The translations under genes and the position numbers were made by a program. A DNA stretch of 64,000 nt from Dyadobacter sp. GTDB taxonomy: Bacteria; Bacteroidota; Bacteroidia; Cytophagales; Spirosomataceae. Of this stretch, positions 1 to 9,660 are shown piece by piece. The notes beneath the pieces are model-generated. The model searched no databases, was not told where the DNA came from, and saw nothing but the letters and a program-made list of their open reading frames with translations. The stretch lies in contig OZ257152.1 in the NCBI GenBank assembly GCA_965279265.1, positions 3,401,592 through 3,465,591 on the forward strand, written 5' to 3'. Positions within the stretch are counted from its first letter, which is position 1; each line of letters begins with the position of its first letter.

Positions 1-1400
1 TATGGACTTTGACCGAAATGCAGGCTGTACGGGGTTATAATAATCTGCCACTGTTGATAACCGCTACCTGTGATTTTGGCCGATACGATGACGCAGGTTT
101 GGTTTCAGGCGGGGAACAAATGGTGCTAAGCCCGAGAGGTGCGGCGATTGCGGCGGTGAGTACAACGAGGCCAGTCTATTCAAGTACCAATTTTTTGATC
201 AATCGAGCCTTTTATGAGGCACTTATTTCCGGCGGCCCTCAAACAAGGATGGGTGATATTTTCAGACTCACAAAAAACAATAGTCTGGTCGGCAGCCTTA
301 ACAGAAACTTTGCACTGCTGGGAGATCCGTCGATGAAACTGGCCCGTGGACAGCAACAGATCCGCTGGCGGGAAAAACCGGATACGCTTCGCGCTTTACA
401 GAAGGTAAAATTGAGGGGTGGCGTATATAAGGAAGGTGAAACCCGTCCGGATGAGAAATTTAATGGTACAGCTCGTGTCACTATTTACGACAAGCAGGTT
501 AGTTTCAGAACACTAGGCAACGAAGGAGATGCTAAGAGTTACAGCGAATTCAGAAGCAAATTATTTGACGGAAATGTAGTGGTGACAGCCGGCGTATTCA
601 CCTGTGAGTTCGTCATGCCAAAGGATATAGATTACCGCCTCGGAACAGGCAGAGTCTCGGTTTACGCAGTAAGTTCAGATAGCCTGAGCGACGCTGCCGG
701 GCAGCTTGATGTAACAGTCGGCGGGAGCGCAGAAGTGTCGGTGGATAATGAACCTCCGAAGATCAATGGTTACATGAATTCCGTCTCTTTTAAAAGCGGG
801 GATAAGATTCCTGCATCGTCAATACTGTTCTTAAAACTGCGTGATGAAAATGGAATTAACATATCCACAGCAGGAATAGGACATGGTATATTGTTGATAA
901 TCAATGATTCGTTGCAAATTGGTTTAAATGATTACTATACAGCAGACCAGGATCGCTTCGATTCCGGTACCGTTCGGTATCCGTTTGACAATCTGCCTTC
1001 AGGAGATTACACAATTCGAATAAAAGTATGGGATACATATAATAACTCTTCGGAATTAACGTTCGGATTTCAAGTAGGCCTTACGCAGGGAATTTCGTTT
1101 AATGCGTTCAAGGTTTATCCTAACCCTTTTGATCAGGAACTTTCGTTTGAATTTAACCATACCAGAGGTGATGAAGACATCGAGGTTACTTTTAGTTTGT
1201 ACCTTCAAACGGGCAGGCAGCTCTCAACTTTTAAATGGCAGTATTATAACAGTGAGCCGATTATCAGAGAAACAATCCCATCTTTGCGGTTAAATTTGTT
1301 AAATACCATCCTGAATCCATATATATATTCTCTACAGATCCGTTCATTAAAGGACAATTCCGTGGACAGGAAATCGGGGATTTTGTCGCGTTCACCTTAG
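1..1400 (+). CDS. porU: Type IX secretion sortase PorU, C-terminal part (peptidase C25 family; 5'-truncated by the window edge)
   Basis: The reading frame is open to the window edge. 'LLITATCDFGRYDD' looks like the C25/clan-CD catalytic Cys context. The C-terminal 'FKVYPNPFDQELSFEF' resembles a T9SS CTD motif. porV follows directly, matching the conserved porU-porV order. Confidence 0.8.
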   Translation, partial: WTLTEMQAVRGYNNLPLLITATCDFGRYDDAGLVSGGEQMVLSPRGAAIAAVSTTRPVYSSTNFLINRAFYEALISGGPQTRMGDIFRLTKNNSLVGSLNRNFALLGDPSMKLARGQQQIRWREKPDTLRALQKVKLRGGVYKEGETRPDEKFNGTARVTIYDKQVSFRTLGNEGDAKSYSEFRSKLFDGNVVVTAGVFTCEFVMPKDIDYRLGTGRVSVYAVSSDSLSDAAGQLDVTVGGSAEVSVDNEPPKINGYMNSVSFKSGDKIPASSILFLKLRDENGINISTAGIGHGILLIINDSLQIGLNDYYTADQDRFDSGTVRYPFDNLPSGDYTIRIKVWDTYNNSSELTFGFQVGLTQGISFNAFKVYPNPFDQELSFEFNHTRGDEDIEVTFSLYLQTGRQLSTFKWQYYNSEPIIRETIPSLRLNLLNTILNPYIYSLQIRSLKDNSVDRKSGILSRSP

Positions 1401-1449
1401 TATAGTAATAATTGTTGTAAATTTTTTTAGTAATAAATATCTTTCATTG

Positions 1450-1457
1450 TATTTTTG
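1450..1457 (+). promoter_or_regulatory. -7 promoter box (TAnnTTTG) upstream of porV
   Basis: TATTTTTG lies 51 nt upstream of the ATG. Confidence 0.35.
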
Positions 1458-1507
1458 ACCCTTTAAAAGAAGCAGAGTAATCTCTTCCTATCGCAAATCC
1501 AATTTAT

Positions 1508-2665
1508 ATGAGACTATTTTTTGTTGGTTTATCCTCTTTACTTCTTCTATCAAATTCTGACTTACTTGCTCAGGTTGTGACAGCAGACTCAGCAAGAATA
1601 CCAAGCACACCTATCTCTTTTTTAACTTTTGCTCCCGATGCCAGAAGTGCAGGTATGGGTGAAGCAGGAGTTGCGCTAAGCGCCGATGCAAATTCTACCT
1701 ACTGGAACGCCTCCAAACTTCCGTTCGCAGAAAAGGATTTTGGCGCATCCATTTCATACACACCATGGCTTCGTAATCTGGTTGACGACATGTGGCTGGG
1801 TTATGCTAGTGCTTACAAAAAATTAGGCAAGGGTGACGCAATCGCTGCATCGGTTAACTATTTCAGTAATGGTGAACTTGATTTGCGTGATGCAACCGGA
1901 AACCAGAATGGTTATTTCAGGTCGACTGAATTTGCCTTCAACGCAACTTATGCACGTCAGCTGAGTAAAAACTTTTCCATGGGTTTGACACTGAAATATA
2001 TTTCGTCAAACCTTGCCGGAAATGCAGTCGCAAACGGTGTTTCTCTGAAGCCCGGACGTGTTGCAGCGGGTGACATCAGTGCTTATTACAAGAAACAACT
2101 TAAAAACGAAGATACCGGCAGCGACCTGACTTGGTCATTCGGAGCCGTTCTTTCTAATCTGGGTGGTAAAATCAGCTACGGATCAGGTGCAGAGGAAAGC
2201 TTTATACCTACAACATTGAAACTGGGTGGTGGTCTGTCATTCACAGGCGATGGCCGCAACAGATTCAATTTTATTCTGGATGCAAGTAAACTGATGGTAC
2301 CTACACCACTTCCTGGGACAAACGTAAATACGAAACCATTGCTGAAAGGTGTATTCGGGTCATTCTCAGATGCGCCGGACGGATTTAAAGAGGAAGTACA
2401 GGAAGTAGCTCTTTCTGTGGGTGCTGAATATTGGTACAATGGTGTTTTTGCACTGCGCGGCGGTTATTTTGGAGAAAACAAAAACAAGGGAAACCGCAAA
2501 TTCTTCACTGCAGGTGCAGGTGCACGTTTCATGAAGAACTATGGCGTTGATTTTGCTTACCTCTTCCCGGTAACACAGGGCAGCCCGATTGCACAAACGC
2601 TACGAATTTCTCTCTCCATGTATCTGAACAAGAAAGAAAAACTGGACGTTGGTGACGAAAACTAG
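1508..2665 (+). CDS. porV: Type IX secretion outer-membrane protein PorV (LptO)
   Basis: Signal peptide ends in 'LLAQ'. 'ARSAGMGEAGVALSADANSTYWN' is a PorV-type motif. The ~385-aa beta-barrel-like composition and position after porU fit. Confidence 0.85.
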   Translation: MRLFFVGLSSLLLLSNSDLLAQVVTADSARIPSTPISFLTFAPDARSAGMGEAGVALSADANSTYWNASKLPFAEKDFGASISYTPWLRNLVDDMWLGYASAYKKLGKGDAIAASVNYFSNGELDLRDATGNQNGYFRSTEFAFNATYARQLSKNFSMGLTLKYISSNLAGNAVANGVSLKPGRVAAGDISAYYKKQLKNEDTGSDLTWSFGAVLSNLGGKISYGSGAEESFIPTTLKLGGGLSFTGDGRNRFNFILDASKLMVPTPLPGTNVNTKPLLKGVFGSFSDAPDGFKEEVQEVALSVGAEYWYNGVFALRGGYFGENKNKGNRKFFTAGAGARFMKNYGVDFAYLFPVTQGSPIAQTLRISLSMYLNKKEKLDVGDEN

Positions 2666-2690
2666 ATCAACCAAATATCATTAATTTACG

Positions 2691-2726
2691 GCGAATGACA
2701 TTTTAACAGATGTCATTCGCTTTTTT
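2691..2726 (+). terminator. Rho-independent terminator after porV
   Basis: GCGAATGACA / TGTCATTCGC is a 10-bp stem followed by a T6 run. Confidence 0.8.
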
Positions 2727-2740
2727 ATATAACCACATTT

Positions 2741-4021
2741 ATGCTTCTGGACCGTACGATTGCTCCCGATTTTAAGATTATTAATGAAATAAATCTGCCA
2801 CAGGCAAAATCTCATTTGCTGGACAACGGTATTCCGCTGCATGTGATCAATATCGGTGATCAGCCGGTGATCCGGCTGGAAGTTATTTTTGAAGCCGGTA
2901 ATTGGTACGAAAGGAAAAAGGGGGCGTCATTTTTTGCGATCAAGATGCTCAGTGAAGGCACATCGAACCTTACGTCGTCTGAAATCAGCGAAGCTTTTGA
3001 CCGCATCGGTGCTTTCATTGATATGACTCATTCATCTGATCGTGCCGTAATCGTGGTTTACTGCTTGTCCAGGTTCCTGCCTGAGGTGCTGAGTTTGGTT
3101 GGCGGACTGATACAGGACTCTGTTTTTCCAGAAAAGGAACTGAATGACCTGCGTAACATTACTCTGCAAAATCTGAAAGTCAACAAAGAAAAGACAGCAT
3201 ACCTAGCTTCTACGGCTATGAGAGCGGCACTTTTCGGCGAAAATCATCCTTACGGACAAAACCAGGAAGAAGAGACCATCCAGACTTTGCCGGAAGCGGA
3301 TATCAAAGCCCATTTCAATCATTTTATAAAAAATGGAAAAAAAACGATCGTACTGGCCGGGCAGGTGGGAGAGGCAGATGTTCTGTCCGTAAATGCATTT
3401 TTTGGTCAGGTTCAACACGCGGATCAGCCGGAAGAAGTAGCCCACCCAATCGAAATGGAATATGCAGGAAAGCAGATTTTGGTTGAGAAAGAAGATAGCG
3501 TGCAGTCTTCGATCCGGATCGGGCGCCGGTTGTTTACCCGTCATCACCCCGACTATTTCCGAATGCTTGTTACAAATGAAATTCTGGGAGGTTATTTCGG
3601 ATCACGTCTGATGAAGAATATTCGTGAAGAAAAAGGACTGACTTACGGGATCTCATCAAATGTGATCACACTCGGCAAGGAAGGTTATTTTATGATCGGG
3701 ACGGACGTTAAAAAAGAGTTCACGCAGCAGACAATTGATGAAATAAAAAAGGAAATTTACCGCCTGCAAACCGAGCCTGTTGGCGAAGAGGAGCTTACGA
3801 CAGTCAAAAACTTTATGGCAGGCGAATTTGCCGGATCACTAAACACAGCATTTGAAGTTGCTGACCGGCAGAAAATTTTGTTGCTGGACAATCTTCCGTC
3901 CGACTTCTTTAACCGCTACATCGATAACATTCACGCCACAACGGCTGAGGATATTATCTATGTAGCGAATACCTATTTGCAACCTGCCGATATGGTTGAA
4001 GTCGTGGTAGGAGGGAAATGA
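2741..4021 (+). CDS. M16 (pitrilysin) family protein, probably a non-catalytic M16B-type subunit
   Basis: M16 fold-like N-terminus ('IRLEVIFEAGNWYE...FFAIKMLSEGTSN'). I see no HxxEH zinc motif at the expected position. Length is typical at 426 aa. Confidence 0.7.
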   Translation: MLLDRTIAPDFKIINEINLPQAKSHLLDNGIPLHVINIGDQPVIRLEVIFEAGNWYERKKGASFFAIKMLSEGTSNLTSSEISEAFDRIGAFIDMTHSSDRAVIVVYCLSRFLPEVLSLVGGLIQDSVFPEKELNDLRNITLQNLKVNKEKTAYLASTAMRAALFGENHPYGQNQEEETIQTLPEADIKAHFNHFIKNGKKTIVLAGQVGEADVLSVNAFFGQVQHADQPEEVAHPIEMEYAGKQILVEKEDSVQSSIRIGRRLFTRHHPDYFRMLVTNEILGGYFGSRLMKNIREEKGLTYGISSNVITLGKEGYFMIGTDVKKEFTQQTIDEIKKEIYRLQTEPVGEEELTTVKNFMAGEFAGSLNTAFEVADRQKILLLDNLPSDFFNRYIDNIHATTAEDIIYVANTYLQPADMVEVVVGGK

Positions 4022-4025
4022 CCAG

Positions 4026-5348
4026 CTATGATTTGTTAAGTGCTTCTTTATAAGCTTTAAGGCATCTTTCGCGGGCCATTTTATGGTCCACAATGGGTTC
4101 AGGATATTCAAGTGTGTTGAGTTCCGGGACCCATTTTTTGATATACTCACCTTTCCCGTCAAACTTTTCTGCCTGCGCTGTCGGGTTAAAAATCCTGAAA
4201 TAGGGTGCCGCATCTGTTCCGGATCCTGCTGCCCATTGCCATCCGCCGTTGTTTGCAGCAAGGTCGAAATCAAGTAATTTCTCCGCAAAATAAGCCTCTC
4301 CCCACCGCCAGTCGATCAGCAAATGTTTTGAAAGGAAGCTAGCAACGACCATGCGTACGCGGTTGTGCATAAAACCAGTCGCGTTGATTTCGTGCATACC
4401 GGCATCTACAAGCGGGTAACCAGTTTTTCCCTCACACCATAATTTAAACTCACGCTCATTATTCCGCCATTTGATCCGGTCATATTCCGGTCGAAATGCT
4501 TTCCCATTTCCAACATGAGGGAAATTCCATAAAATTTGCTGGTAAAAATCCCGCCAGATGAGCTCATTAAGCCAGGTGTTACTCGTCTCAAAAGCTCTTC
4601 TCGCCAACTCACGAATGCTTACTGTTCCGAAACGGAGGTGTATGCCCAGATGTGTGGTTCCCGGAATGGCCGGGTAATTGCGGCGTTCGGAATAGTTTTC
4701 GAGCACCTCTGTTTTCACTTTTTGGGAAGGAAACGACTCTTCTGTCTTTTCAAAACCCATTTCTGCCAGAGATGGTATGTAGGTATTTTTTATCTTCAAA
4801 AATTGGGAATCATATTTTTCAGTTGGGTAGGACGAGAGAAAAAAGTCGTTGCACTTTGCCTTCCACGCTCTGCTGTATGGAGTAAAAACGGTATAAACTG
4901 TATTCTGTCCGGTTAGGATTTCACCCTTTTCAAAAATGACCTGGTCTTTATATGTTTTGAGCGGGATCTCGTTTTTCTTCAAAAATGCTGCAATTCCTTC
5001 GTCGCGTTCTCTGGCATATGGCTCGTAATCGTGGTTTGTGTAGACCTCGCCAACTTCATAATTTTCGAGTAGCTTTATCCAAACCTGTTCAGGTGATCCG
5101 TATTCAATCAACAGATCCGAGCCTTTTTGGTTTAACTCCTTTTTTAATCCGGAGACCGTGTCGTATATGAAAGTGACCCTTTTGTCCTGCTTGTTGCCAA
5201 GTTGATCCAGAATATTTTTATCAAAAATAAAGAGGCATAAAACTGGCAAACCGGAGCGTAAAGCACGATACAAACCCGCATTGTCATGAATTCTAAGGTC
5301 ACGGCGATACCAGAAGATCGCAACTTTCTCTTTTGATTTTACAGTCAT
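4026..5348 (-). CDS. phr: Deoxyribodipyrimidine photolyase / cryptochrome family protein
   Basis: N-terminal 'IFWYRRDLRIHDNAGLYRAL' and C-terminal FAD-binding motifs 'DLAANNGGWQWAAGSGTDAAPYFRIFNP' are present. Confidence 0.9.
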   Translation of the reverse strand: MTVKSKEKVAIFWYRRDLRIHDNAGLYRALRSGLPVLCLFIFDKNILDQLGNKQDKRVTFIYDTVSGLKKELNQKGSDLLIEYGSPEQVWIKLLENYEVGEVYTNHDYEPYARERDEGIAAFLKKNEIPLKTYKDQVIFEKGEILTGQNTVYTVFTPYSRAWKAKCNDFFLSSYPTEKYDSQFLKIKNTYIPSLAEMGFEKTEESFPSQKVKTEVLENYSERRNYPAIPGTTHLGIHLRFGTVSIRELARRAFETSNTWLNELIWRDFYQQILWNFPHVGNGKAFRPEYDRIKWRNNEREFKLWCEGKTGYPLVDAGMHEINATGFMHNRVRMVVASFLSKHLLIDWRWGEAYFAEKLLDFDLAANNGGWQWAAGSGTDAAPYFRIFNPTAQAEKFDGKGEYIKKWVPELNTLEYPEPIVDHKMARERCLKAYKEALNKS

Positions 5349-5355
5349 AAACGCT

Positions 5356-6273
5356 TTACAATGGTTTGGTTCCAGAAATTACATACATCATCGCGCCCCC
5401 GGCTGAGTGATATTTATTGGCATCAATATTTCGGAGCATGCGTTCTCCCAGATGCGCGTATTTCCTTTTATAATTTTCAAAAAATTCAAGACTGTCTTTT
5501 CCGATCGCCCTGAAATAGTCATAATCGGTAAACTGGTCATTACTCCAGGTGTTCCCGTTTTGCCATTGTTTCATGGTAGCAACCTGTTCGTCGGTATTGT
5601 AAGGCGGGTACATCGCAATGGCCTTGTCCGATAAACGCACTTCCACATTGTCGAAGCCTGCCTGCGACAAAAAGCCCGGCACCAGATCTCCCAGTGAATT
5701 GTCGCCCAGACCGAGTTTTTTCTTCCCTCTTTCGAATATGAGCGCATATTTAACATGGTCAAGCACTTCTTCAATCGGATCGTCCATAGATACAGAACTC
5801 TGGGTCAGGCTTTGAACGAGGTTATTGGGTTCAACGCAAAGAATTGTGCCACCAGGTTTCAATACACGTTTCATTTCACTGATGACCTTATTCGGATTCT
5901 GAACGTGTATCAGCAACGTCTGGCAGGTGACCAGGTCAAACTGACAATCGTCATAGGGCAACTGGTGCGCATCTCCCTTTTTAAGTTCAAAATCAACACC
6001 GGCTTCGTCAAAAAACGCGCTTATTTCATCTTCACCTTTCGACCATTTTCGGTCATTGTCTACACCGTATACTTTTGCGGGACTTCCCAGATAAGTTGCC
6101 AGAAGCCGGCTCCAGTGACACTGGCCGCATCCTACATCCAGTAAATTGTGATGATTATTGAGTTGTAACCTACGCGCCAGCAGATTTAAGAAACTTTCGT
6201 TCCACCAAAAGTCGCGATATGTACCAAAAAAATCTTCTGAGTGTCCTTTCCGCTTTGTATTTTTAGTTCTCAT
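5356..6273 (-). CDS. Class I SAM-dependent methyltransferase
   Basis: 'LLDVGCGQCHW' is a motif I glycine loop. 'VLKPGGTILCVEP' is a post-II motif. It lies 7 bp downstream of the photolyase on the same strand. Confidence 0.75.
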   Translation of the reverse strand: MRTKNTKRKGHSEDFFGTYRDFWWNESFLNLLARRLQLNNHHNLLDVGCGQCHWSRLLATYLGSPAKVYGVDNDRKWSKGEDEISAFFDEAGVDFELKKGDAHQLPYDDCQFDLVTCQTLLIHVQNPNKVISEMKRVLKPGGTILCVEPNNLVQSLTQSSVSMDDPIEEVLDHVKYALIFERGKKKLGLGDNSLGDLVPGFLSQAGFDNVEVRLSDKAIAMYPPYNTDEQVATMKQWQNGNTWSNDQFTDYDYFRAIGKDSLEFFENYKRKYAHLGERMLRNIDANKYHSAGGAMMYVISGTKPL

Positions 6274-6424
6274 AGTATATTTACATCGCCGGAGACTTAG
6301 ACGATGGACTCTAAAACATGTTTTAAAACAACACCATTGCCGGCAGTAAAATTCGTTGCGGCAAAAGTATCCATTTCGTCCGGCGGATCACGACTATTTT
6401 CAAACCATTTTTATCAATTCATTC

Positions 6425-7294
6425 ATGAAAATTCGATTGAGTATCCTGTTATGCTTTATTTGTCTTGCGTCATTTGCGCAAAAAAAGACCGATAAGGAAG
6501 AATGGAAGCAACTTTTTAATGGCAAAAATCTCGACGGCTGGGATCTGAAAATAAGGGGCTATGAGCTGAACGACAATTACAAAAATACCTTTCGGGTTGA
6601 AGACGGGAAAATGGTGGTGAGGTATGACGGATACGATGATTTTGCGCAAAAGTATGGCCATATTTTCTACAAGCAGGATTTTTCATACTACCGGATCGCC
6701 GTTGAATATCGTTTTGTAGGCGAGCAGGCACCAAAAGGAGAAGGATGGGCATGGCGAAACAGCGGCGTAATGATTCATGGCCAGCCAGCAGCTACAATGG
6801 GCAAAGACCAGGATTTTCCTGCTTCGATTGAAGTTCAGCTGTTAGGTGGCAATGATAAAAAACGTACGACCTGCAATTTGTGCACACCGGGAACGAACGT
6901 AGTAATGGACGGAAAACTGATTACCCAGCACTGTATCAATTCAACTTCACAAACCTACAATGGTGATCAGTGGGTGAGGGCGGAAATTTTGGTTTTGGGA
7001 GATTCGCTGGTGCGTCATTTTGCAAATGGTGAAAAAGTTTTGGAATACAACAAACCGCAGCTGGGTGGCGGAAATGTGAGCGGAGGGCCGGCCGGCCTTA
7101 TTGTAGATGGGAAATTGCTGGACCACGGGTCAATTTCACTGCAAAGCGAAAGTCATCCTGTTGAATTCAGGAAAGTTGAAATCCTGGATTTGAAAGGATG
7201 TATGGATCCCAAGGCAACGAATTATAAATCCTACTTTGTTAAGGCAGACAATTCAGCTTGCACTTATGGTAAGAAGAAAGTCGCAGGTAAATAA
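6425..7294 (+). CDS. DUF1080 (3-keto-disaccharide hydrolase-like) secreted protein
   Basis: I chose the internal ATG that gives signal peptide 'MKIRLSILLCFICLASFAQ'. 'LFNGKNLDGW' and C-terminal 'ISLQSESHPVEFRKVEI' are typical DUF1080 signatures. Confidence 0.75.
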   Translation: MKIRLSILLCFICLASFAQKKTDKEEWKQLFNGKNLDGWDLKIRGYELNDNYKNTFRVEDGKMVVRYDGYDDFAQKYGHIFYKQDFSYYRIAVEYRFVGEQAPKGEGWAWRNSGVMIHGQPAATMGKDQDFPASIEVQLLGGNDKKRTTCNLCTPGTNVVMDGKLITQHCINSTSQTYNGDQWVRAEILVLGDSLVRHFANGEKVLEYNKPQLGGGNVSGGPAGLIVDGKLLDHGSISLQSESHPVEFRKVEILDLKGCMDPKATNYKSYFVKADNSACTYGKKKVAGK

Positions 7295-7326
7295 AATTGC
7301 TTGCGAATTCAAATATTGTACAAAAA

Positions 7327-7357
7327 GGAAGGCGCCATCACCGGCGCCTTCCTTTTT
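7327..7357. terminator. Bidirectional terminator between the DUF1080 gene and murA
   Basis: GGAAGGCGCC / GGCGCCTTCC is a 10-bp GC-rich stem flanked by an A5 run and a T5 run. Confidence 0.85.
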
Positions 7358-7380
7358 GTACAATAGCAATTTACATCAAA

Positions 7381-8688
7381 TTAAAGTCTCACGATCTCTG
7401 CGCCGATCGCGTTTAATCTTTTGTCTATATTCTGATATCCGCGATCAATTTGTTCAATATTGTCAATAATACTTACACCCTTTGCAGAAAGCGCAGCGAT
7501 AAGCAAAGCCACTCCTGCACGAATGTCAGGTGATGTCATCCGGATTCCGCGTAGCTGCGTTTCTCTGTTGTGACCGATTACTGTTGCTCTGTGCGGATCA
7601 CAAAGTATGATCTGAGCACCCATTTCAATCAATTTGTCAACGAAAAACAAGCGGCTTTCAAACATTTTCTGATGCACAAGTACAGTTCCCTGCGCCTGAG
7701 TAGCTGTCACCAGAATAATACTCAGCAAATCAGGTGTGAAGCCAGGCCAAGGTGCGTCGGAAACCGATAACGTTGAGCCATCCAGATAATTTTCAATACG
7801 GTAATGGTCCTGTGCAGGGATGAAAATATCATCTCCGCGGAATTCCATTTGAATACCCAATCTTTGAAAAACATCAGGAATGATGCCTAATTCAGCGATC
7901 TGGCAGTTTTTGATCGTAATCTCCGACTTTGTCATCGCCGCCAGTCCGATAAAACTTCCGATTTCAATCATGTCCGGCAGCATGGTATGCTCTGTTCCAT
8001 GCAATTCGGTTACCCCTTCGACGGTCAGCAAATTGGAAGCAATCCCGGAAATTTTGGCCCCCATTCTGTTCAGCATTTTACAAAGCTGTTGCAAATACGG
8101 TTCGCAGGCGGCGTTGTAAATTGTAGTAGTGCCTTCCGCCATTACAGCGGCCATCAGCACATTGGCAGTACCTGTAACGGATGCTTCATCCAGGAGCATG
8201 AAAGCGCCTTTCAGATTCGCGGCATCTACTTTATAAAATCCGCCATCTTCTTCATCGTAACTGAAAGTAGCACCTAGCTTCTCAAAGCCTAAAAAGTGTG
8301 TATCCAGCCTTCTGCGGCCTATTTTGTCGCCTCCCGGCCGGGGAATCCGTCCTTTTCTAAAACGTGCAAGCATGGGGCCAAGAAGCATTACCGAGCCACG
8401 TAGCGCAGCAGCTTTTTGCTTGAACGATTCGGATTCCAGATAATCGAGATTGATGTCGCTGGCTTCAAAACGAACGGACGATTCGCTCAGACGTGTCGTG
8501 TGTACGCCCAGATCTCCCAGCAGATCAATCAATTGGTTTACGTCACGAATGTTTGGAATATTATGAATTGTAACCGGTTCCTTCGTAAGCAATACTGCGC
8601 AAATAATTTGTAATGCCTCGTTTTTTGCGCCCTGAGGTATAATTTCTCCTTTCAGACGCCTGTCTCCCGTTATTTTAAATGAAGCCAT
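7381..8688 (-). CDS. murA: UDP-N-acetylglucosamine 1-carboxyvinyltransferase
   Basis: 'FKITGDRRLKGEIIPQGAKNEALQI', 'PGGDKIGRRRLDTH' and full-length EPSP-synthase-fold similarity support the call. Confidence 0.95.
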   Translation of the reverse strand: MASFKITGDRRLKGEIIPQGAKNEALQIICAVLLTKEPVTIHNIPNIRDVNQLIDLLGDLGVHTTRLSESSVRFEASDINLDYLESESFKQKAAALRGSVMLLGPMLARFRKGRIPRPGGDKIGRRRLDTHFLGFEKLGATFSYDEEDGGFYKVDAANLKGAFMLLDEASVTGTANVLMAAVMAEGTTTIYNAACEPYLQQLCKMLNRMGAKISGIASNLLTVEGVTELHGTEHTMLPDMIEIGSFIGLAAMTKSEITIKNCQIAELGIIPDVFQRLGIQMEFRGDDIFIPAQDHYRIENYLDGSTLSVSDAPWPGFTPDLLSIILVTATQAQGTVLVHQKMFESRLFFVDKLIEMGAQIILCDPHRATVIGHNRETQLRGIRMTSPDIRAGVALLIAALSAKGVSIIDNIEQIDRGYQNIDKRLNAIGAEIVRL

Positions 8689-8822
8689 ATTCAGTAGTTG
8701 GGCAGCAAAACGCTGCGAGGTTAGTAAGCAATTTCAGGACTGCGCCATGAACGGACCTGCAAGCCGAAATCACAGAGGCTCGTCCGCCATGTTCGGATAT
8801 AATTTCTCAGAAGCCGGGAAAA

Positions 8823-9560
8823 TCAGATACCCGGTTTCTTACGGTTCCGATTTTGGTTGTTATTATTGTTGTTGTTATTTCTGCCTCCAAACTTATTGTT
8901 GTTGTTTGGGCGGTTACGGTTGGGATTATTTCCCTGATTATTGGGTCCCTGACGCTCCTGATTGTGCGTTGATTGTGCCTTGAAACCTCCCTGGTGATTG
9001 TTACCGCGGTTTCGTTCCTGATTGCTGTTACGATCTTTCGGTGCTGCATCCACAGGGCCATTTGCACGAATGTAGTCGATCTCCGTTTTTAGTTTGCCTT
9101 TGGAAAGCAATTCGAGCTGCCCTAGTAGTACGTGGTCCTCGGGATTATCTTTATTCCAGGTGTTGAAAAAAGAACGCATAAGGCGAAAAATATAAGAGAC
9201 GAAAGCAAGTCTGTCTTCTTCATTTTCGGTCTGAACGGCCTTTTCAAGTAGCAGATCAATATTGCGGCCGTAATGGCGGTACATCAGATTTCTCTGATTG
9301 TAACCAACGGTCAAGGGTTTTTTGCCAAGAGATTCTTTTGAAGGCGGCGGAAAAGGGCTGTCAACATCCAGTTCAAACCCAGACATGATGTACAAATCGT
9401 CCCAGAGTTTATTGGTGTAATCCTGGTTGTCTCTCATGTTTGGATGAATCTGACGCATCAGTTCCACCAATATATTTGCGTACAGATTACGTTTTGTCTT
9501 GTCCTCGATCTTTACGATGTGATCGGCAAGTTTTTGTACGTTACTACCGTATTCTTTCAA
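8823..9560 (-). CDS. DUF4290 domain protein with an N/Q/R/G-rich low-complexity C-terminal tail
   Basis: 'MKEYGSNVQKLADHIVKIEDKTKRN' is a DUF4290-type N-terminus. It is adjacent to and co-directional with murA, as is usual in Bacteroidota. The tail ends '...GGRNNNNNNNNQNRNRKKPGI'. Confidence 0.75.
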   Translation of the reverse strand: MKEYGSNVQKLADHIVKIEDKTKRNLYANILVELMRQIHPNMRDNQDYTNKLWDDLYIMSGFELDVDSPFPPPSKESLGKKPLTVGYNQRNLMYRHYGRNIDLLLEKAVQTENEEDRLAFVSYIFRLMRSFFNTWNKDNPEDHVLLGQLELLSKGKLKTEIDYIRANGPVDAAPKDRNSNQERNRGNNHQGGFKAQSTHNQERQGPNNQGNNPNRNRPNNNNKFGGRNNNNNNNNQNRNRKKPGI

Positions 9561-9660
9561 GTGTTTGAATATTTGATATAATTACAAAAATACGAAGTTT
9601 TTACCGAAAGAAAAGCGGTTGTTCGGAGAAAAGGATTTGTGAATAACATGCAGTCAAAGC

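Noticed and set aside
8747-9067. Two ORFs of 78 and 86 aa overlapping the 3' end of the DUF4290 gene.
   Set aside because: They are artefacts of the GTT/ATT trinucleotide-rich low-complexity region. They translate to poly-Cys/Tyr or poly-Thr/Ile strings and overlap the better-supported frame.
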